Virus record (IMG/VR): IMGVR_UViG_3300045988_122168
Strand: one strand, 5' to 3'
DNA: 64,000 nucleotides
Source: a virus
Below are positions 1-7,241 of this stretch, piece after piece (positions within the stretch are counted from its first letter, which is position 1; every line of letters starts with the position of its first letter). Under the pieces are notes generated by a model. The model was given only the letters and a program-made list of their open reading frames with translations. It was not told the DNA's origin and did not search any database. The translations under genes and the position numbers were made by a program.

Positions 1-58
1 GATCGGTGGAGTACAGTTCTATCTCGACGATGAAGTAATTTATCTTTTCTTTTTTCAT
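1..58 (-). CDS. hypothetical protein, N-terminal fragment (ORF runs off the left window edge)
   Basis: ATG at 58 opens MKKEKINYFIVEIELYSTD..., 7 nt after the stop of the co-oriented 66..368 gene, and stays open to position 1. Too short to judge further. Confidence 0.3.
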   Translation of the reverse strand, partial: MKKEKINYFIVEIELYSTD

Positions 59-65
59 TCTATTT

Positions 66-368
66 CTATCGTTCCAAGAATATATTTTTAATTATCCATT
101 TCCTAGCCCCCCTCACCCACTCGTGGTCCTCTATAACGAGTAGCTTGTCCGACATCGGGTAAACGTCTATCTCCCCCCACCTCTCGTCAAAGAACTTGAA
201 CATGGTGGCATGGTTACAGGCTCTAACATCGTAAGCGTCGAGGGAGGGGAGTATCTCTCTTTTGAACCTCACCATCCTTTTCAGCCTCGCTGCCTTGCTA
301 TCTTGCTTGACCTTCTCCATCTTGAACACCGTTTCTATTCTCTGTTTATCCATTTCAAGTAAGGACAT
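66..368 (-). CDS. hypothetical protein (100 aa)
   Basis: ATG ORF from the track with no recognisable motif. First gene leftward of the long non-coding region 369..1610. Confidence 0.55.
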   Translation of the reverse strand: MSLLEMDKQRIETVFKMEKVKQDSKAARLKRMVRFKREILPSLDAYDVRACNHATMFKFFDERWGEIDVYPMSDKLLVIEDHEWVRGARKWIIKNIFLER

Positions 369-991
369 ACCTCCGACTTTTTCTTCCCCATGCTAGCTAA
401 TACTCACCGCTTTCTTTACATGGCATCACCTATAATATATTTATTATATATTAGTAGGTTATTAGTAATATAAATGTTACTAATATACTACATCTATATT
501 AACTATACAAGTGATATTCATGAAGAATATAGTGTAGTAGATGGGAGGAGACCTCCACGGTGAGCATTAAATAACAAGAAGAATACGCAAGGGTGGGCGG
601 GACCTTCTGGTCGAGTGACTCCCACTCCCTCTCCATGAAAGCTTCCTGTCTCCCCTCCATAACCTGTGCTATGGATTCCTTGTCAGGAGCGATTCGGCCC
701 GTTGGTGGTCCATGACCTCCACCTTGTACCTTTCGGCATGGGTTACTCGTCGTCAAGTCGTACAGACGTAGCGAGATTTCTTTGAACCTTATTCATGAAC
801 AGTTTATATTCCAGGCACTCTAGCCTTGGTGAGCGTTTTCGGGTGTCAACCGGGGCGACAGGTCGCTCTGTCTTCAACTGCCGCTATATACCTCTTGTCG
901 TGGGAATCTCTATAAAAAGAGAAATCCTTGACCGGACTAGTGTTGATTGGAGATCAGAAAGTCAAGGATAAGCTCTCAAGTATCTATAAAA
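369..991 (-). ncRNA. long ORF-poor, hairpin-dense leader or structured RNA (paralog of 56145..56829); strand inferred
   Basis: The only ORF is a TTG-started low-complexity 85-aa one. An AT-rich block with TGTAGTATAT-type motifs is followed by a G/C-rich block full of short complementary runs (e.g. GGAGG-AGA-CCTCC at 544-556, GGTGG..CCACC at 704-723). Collinear similarity to 56330-56760 (GATGGGAGGAGA vs GATAGGAGGAGA, GACGACGA, CAAGGTRG). Lies downstream of the leftward TATATTTG box at 1201-1208. Confidence 0.3.
910..969 (-). terminator. terminator-like hairpin with U-rich tail (leftward sense), large loop
   Basis: 9-bp stem 961-969 / 924-932 (ATCCTTGAC / GTCAAGGAT in leftward sense) followed by TTCTCTTTTTAT. 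The 28-nt loop weakens it. Sits about 25 nt 3' of element copy A. Confidence 0.3.
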
Positions 992-1178
992 GGCACTTAC
1001 ATTTTCATGTATTTACGCTTCACCGGAACGCTACTTTTTAGGTCAATTTCTTGACGGTCATCCATAGTTGGAACCTCCACGTACAAGTCCCGTGTGCCAC
1101 AGGTTAATTTTTTTATCTAATAAATTCGTAGAACGCAAAAATTTAATGTTGCTTGTCATAGTTTCTGATCTCCTAATC
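945..1178. repeat. 12+4 bp inverted repeat bracketing element copy A
   Basis: GGAGATCAGAAA (949-960) is the exact reverse complement of TTTCTGATCTCC (1162-1173). Pairing extends 4 more bp (945-948 with 1175-1178) past a 1-nt bulge. Confidence 0.85.
992..1103 (-). ncRNA. repeated ~110-nt structured RNA element, copy A
   Basis: Reverse complement aligns with copies B, C and D. Carries the variants CCUGU[GGCAC]ACGGG, GUCAA[GAAA]UUGAC, UACAU[GAAA]AUGUA and 3' GUGCC, all preserving the predicted pairings. Confidence 0.6.
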
Positions 1179-1200
1179 TATCCACTACTGCATAGCAATG

Positions 1201-1208
1201 CAAATATA
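1201..1208 (-). promoter_or_regulatory. Bacteroidota-type -7 promoter box TATATTTG (leftward)
   Basis: Exact TATATTTG on the minus strand (fits TAnnTTTG). About 100 nt upstream of element copy A. Flanking bases resemble the box at 56818-56825 (TATATTTGCAyTGyTA). Confidence 0.45.
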
Positions 1209-1249
1209 CGGTGAAGTTTCGAGAAAACAAAGCGTGAAGGCAAAAAAAA

Positions 1250-1355
1250 ATCACGTGGACGAGGGAATTTAGTAGAAGGTTAAGTCATTGTAGCGTGAAA
1301 TGGGCGGTAGCCCGTGCGGTGTTAAATATCTGTTCTTGGAGATCGTCCACGTGAT
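1250..1355. repeat. 13-bp perfect inverted repeat pair, each arm containing CACGTG
   Basis: ATCACGTGGACGA (1250-1262) and TCGTCCACGTGAT (1343-1355) are exact reverse complements separated by 80 nt. Located between the two divergent TATATTTG boxes. Confidence 0.85.
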
Positions 1356-1400
1356 GATACAAAGGTGAGTAATTTATTCGTGGTTTCAAAATATTTTTTA

Positions 1401-1408
1401 TATATTTG
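1401..1408 (+). promoter_or_regulatory. Bacteroidota-type -7 promoter box TATATTTG (rightward)
   Basis: Exact TATATTTG, 25 nt upstream of element copy B and about 200 nt upstream of the tail-fibre ATG at 1611. Confidence 0.45.
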
Positions 1409-1433
1409 CTAAGTATTTATTGTTTAACAATAA

Positions 1434-1546
1434 CCGTTGGCACACGGGAGTTCGGACGTGGAGGTTCCAACTATGGATGACCGTCAAGAGATTGACCTAA
1501 AAAGTAGCGTTCCTGTGAAGCGTCAACACGTGAAAGCGTGAGTGCC
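1434..1546 (+). ncRNA. repeated ~110-nt structured RNA element, copy B
   Basis: Shares the near-identical core with copies A, C and D. 3' hairpin is CACGU[GAAA]GCGUG and 3' tail GUGCC is complementary to GGCAC in the 5' hairpin loop. The 5' stem is imperfect in this copy (5' strand like D, 3' strand like A). Confidence 0.6.
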
Positions 1547-1610
1547 TATAATCACCATGAAGTGCAAAAAACGCAAAGGATGTGGCGGCAAGCCTAAAAA
1601 GTAGTTTGAC

Positions 1611-4600
1611 ATGAGCGACGAGAAGAAAGAGATACTGTTGGGAGCCAACGCTAGAGAGGTACCCAACTCCATAAAGTTCCCCACGGGGATGAAAGAGAAC
1701 CCCTCCCCGTCACTGGCTGACTTCCTGATGACGCAGAGGGCTGACAACCTCGGTGGTGACCCCGAAACCATAACGCTAGAGACCCTGGGCAAGTTGCTGG
1801 GGGTGGGGGAAGGTAGCGGTAACCCGTCCACCGATCCCATATTCAACACGTTGACGGTTTCGAAGTGGCTCAAGGTTGGTGAATCTATCACGATTAACGA
1901 TCTTATATTCAGGATATTCCGTGACGGTCTCAAGACTTACATACGTGCCGAGGACCTCAAGAACCCGGAGGCGGAGATATGGATTGACCTGTTCGCCGGG
2001 GCGTTCACTAGGCTTATCGCCACGCATTACGACACCCCCGGGTGGCAACAGGGTATCGCCGGGGGATCGTTATGGAACGACGAGACCGGTAACTCTCACC
2101 TAGAGGTGGATTACGCTTACATCCGCAAGAAAGCCACGTTCGTTAACCTAGTTATACAGCAGTTGACGGCGCAGGCCGGTCAGGTGATCATCACCCCCAC
2201 CAACATGAAGATAGGCAGGGTGGAGGAGCTTGATCAAGGTTACAAGTGTTACGCCGAGGACGGTGACTTGAATAATTTCATCGTTTACGACCAAGCCAGA
2301 TGCCAGAAGTTCACGCTAGAACACCAGAAGTACTACTGGCGTCTCGTCATAGCCGTGGGCGCCGATTACTGCATCCTGTCGAAGACAGATCAAGACGGTA
2401 ACGGTGACGTCCCGGAGGCCGGTGACGAGATCGTGTTGTTCGGTCATCGAGACGACAAGAACAAGCCGAGACAATCCGCCATCATGCTGGATGCCGCCTC
2501 TGACCAGGCCCCGGCGATTTCCATATACATGGGTATCAACTCGTACGACCTCACGGGAAAACGGGTGGGAGTTTTCGGTAGAGACCCGCTAGACTCGGCG
2601 GCCGCCGGTATATTCGTGCAGAACGGTCGTTTCGAGAACATCATGATAGGCCCGGGATGTACCGGTCTTGACAACTTCGCCGAGTACGACAAGTTGATTA
2701 ACGATATAAACAAGGCGGTGTCCAAGAGCGTTGACATCATGCCTGACCCCGCCCCCGCCTTCATCACCGACAAGGACGGTAACACGACCCCGGACGAGAT
2801 CACGATACGGGTATCCGAGAACAACTTCAACTCCGATCTCGGCGGTTACCGCAGGTGGTACTACCTTTCAAGCGACGGTTTCAAGGAGATAGAGGGGGAG
2901 AACCAGAAGACACTGGTCATCACCCGAGACAAGGAGTGGTGGGCTGGCAAAAGCACTTTATCCGTCATGTACGAGGTGGAACTGGACGGGGAGAAGTACT
3001 CCGACGTCGCCTCCCTTATCAAGGTATCTGACGGTATCAACGGGGCGGGTGGTTACATCGCCGTGCTGGATAACCCGTACGTGGGTATAGCGTCCGATTA
3101 CAACGGGCAGATCAAGGACGGGCAGCTCGGGGAGAACGGTCGTGCCAAGACGGGTGTCGTGGCTTACGCCGGTACCACTTTACTGTCCCCCAACCCTAAC
3201 CCGGGCAAGGGCCAGTACAAGCTATCCATAAAGAAGGTGTCAGGTTGTACCGCAGCCCTCACGCAGGCGGGTGGCGAGATGTACATCCTTGACATGTTCC
3301 AGGACATGGCGTCAGTTACCCTCACCGTGAACTTCGAGGGAGCCGGGGTGACTATGGACCTCGTTTTCAATTGCAGCAAGACTTTCGACGGCGCTTTAAG
3401 CTCCGAGGAGATAAAAGGTGAACCGGGGGAGGCGGCTTACTCGCTGGACCTCGATAACGACGTCTGCATAGTTTCCACCCAGCCTGACGGTAGCGGTGGT
3501 TACTGGGGTGATAACGCCAAGACGACCGCCATGGTGACGAAGGGGGGAAAGGACATCAGCTCCAAGTACAACTTCTCGACCGAGGCCAACCCTGACACGA
3601 TAGATTACCTCGCCACCAACAACGGGAAGACCGTGCAGGTGAAGGGCATGGAAGAGGATGACGGTTTCATCCTGTTCACCTGCATGCCCAAGAACACCAT
3701 GGACCCGGACACGATAAACGCCCCCACCTTGCAGAAGAGGTTCAATATCTCGAAGAACAAGCAAGGGGAACAGGGTCAACGTGGACCCGGCGGTTACGTG
3801 TGGATCGTTTACGCCGATGACGAGGCCGGTACGGGCATATCGCTCACCCCGGAAGGTAAGAAATACATAGGGTTGGCTCACGACAAGGAAGTGCCTAACC
3901 CGCCCCTGCCTCTTAACCCTGCTGATTACCAGTTCTCGCTGCTGACGGGGGAGGGAGTACCGGGACCCCCGGGAAGTGACCGTTTCATATGGATCAAGTT
4001 CTCTACCACCCACCCGATCACGTCACTGTCACAGGTGACCAACGACGGCTCGGCGGAAGGGCTTCGATTCATCGGGTTCTCTTACAATCAAGTGAACCAG
4101 GAGGAAGACACCTTCCCCCCGGGAGAGGAACAGACCATTGACGTGGCTTACTACAACCGTGAGTACGAGTGGTCAGAGTACAAGGGAAAGGACGGTATAG
4201 GCTTGCAAGTGCAATACTCTAAAGATGGTAACTCAAACTGGCACTACCCGTTCCGTGTGGATGACATCTTCATGAGACAGAAGATGGATGACGGCGTTAC
4301 GTGGTCAGACCCCATGAGGATCGTGGGTGAAGCCGGGCAGGACGGTACATACGTTGACTACCAGTTCGCCAAGAATACCTCGATGGAGACACCCCCTACC
4401 TCGGGATGGCAAGACGCCCCTCCCAAGACTAGCGGTAACGAGTTCCTGTGGATGAGAAAGGGAACGGTTGAACCTCCCGCCACGGAAGTTCCGGCTGACG
4501 GGTGGAGTACCCCTGTCGTGCTTACAGGGCCGTCAGGAGCCTCTTACTGGATCGTCCCGGACACGAGGTTCATCAACATGCTGAACGGGTCTCCTAACCC

Positions 4601-7241
4601 CCCTAAAGTGTGTTTCACGGCAAAACGTGGATCGGTAGCCGACGGGGTGACGGGGTGGTCGCTCGGTTACTGGCGAACCGCTTACTCTAAAGACAATCAA
4701 AAGACCTGGACCACGATAAAGTCGTGGACTTCACAGGTACCTTACATAGACGTTGACATCGACCCGTCGTGGACGAACCTCAGGGCGGAGCTTTACTTCG
4801 ACCAGGGTTTCGTTAATATCTGCGACAGCGAGGTCGTGTTGATACAGGACGTTTCCGGGATACCTGGAGAGTCCAACTACGTTATAGACCTTGACAACGA
4901 GGTGGGTTCAACGAACACCTACTCTGACGGTAGCGGTGGTTACTACGGTAACAACATGCTGACTAGACTGCGGGTGTTCTACGGGACCGAGAACGTGACG
5001 AGCCAAGCCACGGTAACCGTGTCCGCCGACTCGGGTATCACGTTCACGAGAACCAACAATTCCGAGTACGTTCAAGTTCAGGTAACCGGTTTCACCGGGT
5101 CTAACATGACCGGTTCGGTTATCTTCAACGTGTCTAGCGCTAGCGGCGCCTTCCCCTCCATCCAGAAGATGTTCAAGGTTATCCGTGTCCCTCAAGGTGA
5201 ACGTGGACCGGAGGGTGATTCCATATCGGTTCAATTCTCCGTTAACGGGACGTCCGGGTGGCATTACCCGTTCGTGGAGGGAGACATCTACATGAGACAG
5301 AAGGTGGGTAGTGACGCTTGGTCTGACGCCATTCGTGTCGTTGGAGAGCAAGGGCAGCCCGGCAAGGACGGGGAATCCGGTGGTTACACCGAGTTCCAGT
5401 TCTCTATCGGCAAATCTAGGACTAGCCATTCGGATATAGCGGAAAGCTCGTGGACTGACGGCCCGCAAAGCACTACGGTAGAGAAGCCTTTCGCTTGGAT
5501 GCGTAGCAGGACCGTTGACAAGTTCGGCTCGGTGTCCGGGTGGACTTACGGGTCTTACGGCGCCCCCGGTAACGACGGTGCTGACGGTTTGCCCGGAACG
5601 GCTTACTGGCTATCCACCGATTGTTCTAGCGTGTCGATAAAGACCGACAAGGATAAACCTAACGAGAACCCGGCTAACCCGAGAACGGTCACGGCAACCG
5701 CTCACAAGGGAGAGGGAGGGGTAGGAGTTAGCGATTACTCTTGCTACTGGTACGTTGCCGTGTCTTACGACTACATGAAGAACTGGACGGTTATAAAATC
5801 CGTTGGTGGTTCTGCCGCCACCAAGTACACGTACACCGTGGCTAAAAGCGATGCTAAAGGATGGCCTACCAACATCAGGTTCATCGCGTTCTTCGATTCA
5901 GCAGGTGCCAAGATGATAGATACAGAGGACGTCCCGGTTATCAACAACGATCTTAACGACGTTACATCACTAGATTACTTGAAACACGCCTTGCAACAGA
6001 AGACGGAAGTGGATGGAGGTTTAATATCTACCACCTACATCAAGGTTGGTTATTCCCCCTCCCTCAGGGGCGGTAGTTCAGTTCCTGACGAGATACCTAG
6101 TGACTGGGTAGAAACCGGTGGCATGTACGGTGGTTCAACTCTAGCTCCCGGTCAAGGTGACGTGTGGACGATAAGACAGTTCAGGAATCGTGTGCCTAGA
6201 TTTTATAGTGGTGGCGATTTTGAAAAGGCCAAGGCGTCTTTAGCTTACGCCACCACCCAGCTCGGGGCTGACAACTACGATCCCCCCACCGACAAGGTAA
6301 CGTTCGCCGTGAGTGACTCGGGTATATTGTACGCCCAGAACGCCTTCATCGAGGGTACGGTTATGGCTAGTGGGGGGAAGATAGGTAACCTTACCATAGA
6401 TTCTGACGGTTTGGCTTACAATCAAGTTACAGAGAACGGGAAAACGTATTACAAGTCAAAATTGTACAATGGAGGTCTTGTATATCGTGAAAATTGGAAC
6501 GCAACGGATAGCGACTGGGATAGACAAATAGCTATCGGAACATCAGTTATCCCATCTTCTGCCGGAATTAGACCAATGTTGTACGGTAAAGTTAAACAGA
6601 GGGGTAGTTATGATACCACCACTTTCATGTACTTGTCTATCACGGGTGAAACTAGGAATTTTTCAGTTAATTCAGGTCCTCAAGCTATTAGAGTACAAGA
6701 AGGAGATATTCATATTAATAAAGGGTATGTAACTTACAGTGGTAATTCCTATTCTTATTATTCTGGTATAAACGGTTATGGTGATGTCAGGATAGGTAAC
6801 GGATGGGTTGATATAGGACCTGATCCTAATTTTAGTGGCGCTACAAGAACGGAGCCGGGAGGCATTAACTTGGCGTCGCAAAGAGCAGCGTTAATTTTTA
6901 ACGGTTTACGAAGACACTCTTTCAGTTCAGATAGACAACAAATAAGTATTGGAAATGATAACAACATGGTTGTCTTGTATGGAGGTGGATCTAACAAGAT
7001 TGTTAATATAGAACCTAGGTTAGCGATAGGATCATGGTTTTTTATCATGTCATGGGCGGACGAGAAATTCTGGATATACGCCCCGTGGTCTTCAGGAGAG
7101 TATTTCATAATTGATGACTTGTATTATAAAGGAGTTTCTTCTGCCGGTCATGATATAGTATTTGTTATAAAAGTTGATTCGAATAAATGGATAGCGTCTC
7201 AAATGCCTAAAAACTGGCTTTCTTTTGAAGAAAGAGTTTAG
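1611..7241 (+). CDS. tail fibre / receptor-binding fibre protein with collagen-like spacers (1876 aa)
   Basis: ATG ORF heading the rightward virion block. Short G-x-x runs (GEQGQRGPGG, GEAGQDG, GERGPEGD, GEQGQPGKDGESGG, GAPGNDGADGLPG) separate repeated modules. A ~340-aa super-module is tandemly duplicated (SDGSGGY[WY]G; NWHYPF..D[IF][FY]MRQK..WSD..R[IV]VGE; [LA]WMR). Confidence 0.7.
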   Translation: MSDEKKEILLGANAREVPNSIKFPTGMKENPSPSLADFLMTQRADNLGGDPETITLETLGKLLGVGEGSGNPSTDPIFNTLTVSKWLKVGESITINDLIFRIFRDGLKTYIRAEDLKNPEAEIWIDLFAGAFTRLIATHYDTPGWQQGIAGGSLWNDETGNSHLEVDYAYIRKKATFVNLVIQQLTAQAGQVIITPTNMKIGRVEELDQGYKCYAEDGDLNNFIVYDQARCQKFTLEHQKYYWRLVIAVGADYCILSKTDQDGNGDVPEAGDEIVLFGHRDDKNKPRQSAIMLDAASDQAPAISIYMGINSYDLTGKRVGVFGRDPLDSAAAGIFVQNGRFENIMIGPGCTGLDNFAEYDKLINDINKAVSKSVDIMPDPAPAFITDKDGNTTPDEITIRVSENNFNSDLGGYRRWYYLSSDGFKEIEGENQKTLVITRDKEWWAGKSTLSVMYEVELDGEKYSDVASLIKVSDGINGAGGYIAVLDNPYVGIASDYNGQIKDGQLGENGRAKTGVVAYAGTTLLSPNPNPGKGQYKLSIKKVSGCTAALTQAGGEMYILDMFQDMASVTLTVNFEGAGVTMDLVFNCSKTFDGALSSEEIKGEPGEAAYSLDLDNDVCIVSTQPDGSGGYWGDNAKTTAMVTKGGKDISSKYNFSTEANPDTIDYLATNNGKTVQVKGMEEDDGFILFTCMPKNTMDPDTINAPTLQKRFNISKNKQGEQGQRGPGGYVWIVYADDEAGTGISLTPEGKKYIGLAHDKEVPNPPLPLNPADYQFSLLTGEGVPGPPGSDRFIWIKFSTTHPITSLSQVTNDGSAEGLRFIGFSYNQVNQEEDTFPPGEEQTIDVAYYNREYEWSEYKGKDGIGLQVQYSKDGNSNWHYPFRVDDIFMRQKMDDGVTWSDPMRIVGEAGQDGTYVDYQFAKNTSMETPPTSGWQDAPPKTSGNEFLWMRKGTVEPPATEVPADGWSTPVVLTGPSGASYWIVPDTRFINMLNGSPNPPKVCFTAKRGSVADGVTGWSLGYWRTAYSKDNQKTWTTIKSWTSQVPYIDVDIDPSWTNLRAELYFDQGFVNICDSEVVLIQDVSGIPGESNYVIDLDNEVGSTNTYSDGSGGYYGNNMLTRLRVFYGTENVTSQATVTVSADSGITFTRTNNSEYVQVQVTGFTGSNMTGSVIFNVSSASGAFPSIQKMFKVIRVPQGERGPEGDSISVQFSVNGTSGWHYPFVEGDIYMRQKVGSDAWSDAIRVVGEQGQPGKDGESGGYTEFQFSIGKSRTSHSDIAESSWTDGPQSTTVEKPFAWMRSRTVDKFGSVSGWTYGSYGAPGNDGADGLPGTAYWLSTDCSSVSIKTDKDKPNENPANPRTVTATAHKGEGGVGVSDYSCYWYVAVSYDYMKNWTVIKSVGGSAATKYTYTVAKSDAKGWPTNIRFIAFFDSAGAKMIDTEDVPVINNDLNDVTSLDYLKHALQQKTEVDGGLISTTYIKVGYSPSLRGGSSVPDEIPSDWVETGGMYGGSTLAPGQGDVWTIRQFRNRVPRFYSGGDFEKAKASLAYATTQLGADNYDPPTDKVTFAVSDSGILYAQNAFIEGTVMASGGKIGNLTIDSDGLAYNQVTENGKTYYKSKLYNGGLVYRENWNATDSDWDRQIAIGTSVIPSSAGIRPMLYGKVKQRGSYDTTTFMYLSITGETRNFSVNSGPQAIRVQEGDIHINKGYVTYSGNSYSYYSGINGYGDVRIGNGWVDIGPDPNFSGATRTEPGGINLASQRAALIFNGLRRHSFSSDRQQISIGNDNNMVVLYGGGSNKIVNIEPRLAIGSWFFIMSWADEKFWIYAPWSSGEYFIIDDLYYKGVSSAGHDIVFVIKVDSNKWIASQMPKNWLSFEERV

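Noticed and set aside
499-756. 85-aa minus-strand ORF in the long non-coding region.
   Set aside because: It has a TTG start and a low-complexity Gly/Pro/Glu-rich sequence. No corresponding ORF exists in the paralogous region 56145-56829. More likely a chance open frame in G/C-rich structured sequence.
1104-1433. Invertible promoter (shufflon or Gin/Cin-like) flanked by the inverted copies A and B next to the tail fibre gene.
   Set aside because: Two further copies (C and D) lie in direct orientation far away, where recombination would delete essential genes. No recombinase or invertase is present in the window. The segment carries two outward-facing promoters rather than one. Kept only as something to exclude with reads.
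1473-1541. A 22-27 codon ORF inside every copy of the repeated element (MDDRQEIDLKSSVPVKRQ..), preceded by GGAGG 8 nt upstream. Changes look synonymous (GAG/GAA, CCT/CCC/CCG) and the stop is preserved (TGA/TAA).
   Set aside because: Each of those changes is equally or better explained by the RNA fold: GNRA loop GAGA/GAAA, a hairpin-loop position, and the His/Tyr plus TGA/TAA changes being the two halves of one base pair. Genes in this genome otherwise lack Shine-Dalgarno sequences. Translation is not excluded, but peptide coding is not the preferred reading.
1434-1546. Known self-cleaving ribozyme, riboswitch or tRNA-like identity for the repeated element (GGTTCGGAC looked T-arm-like; GGAUGAC looked hammerhead-like).
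   Set aside because: No CUGANGA / GAAA / UH hammerhead core in any permutation. No cloverleaf can be drawn. No match to consensus sequences I can recall for twister, pistol, HDV-like, GEMM, ZTP, preQ1 or fluoride motifs. An Rfam scan is needed to be sure.
3420-5880. Diversity-generating retroelement (template/variable repeat pair) in the tail fibre genes.
   Set aside because: No reverse transcriptase in the window. The repeats are diverged protein-domain duplications with substitutions at all bases, not adenine-specific mismatches.
1776-6425. Many 60-205-aa ORFs on the minus strand or in alternative frames inside the 1611..7241 gene (for example 3396..4013 and 4908..5468). Similar ones occur inside 24582..25946, 29704..34434 and 37445..43723 (for example 24690..25256, 25183..25617, 32644..33315, 38638..39339 and 42305..42892).
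   Set aside because: They are fully embedded in long, well-supported genes. They are Arg/Gly/Pro/Val-rich, as expected for out-of-frame reading of GC-richer coding DNA, and have no start-context or operon logic.
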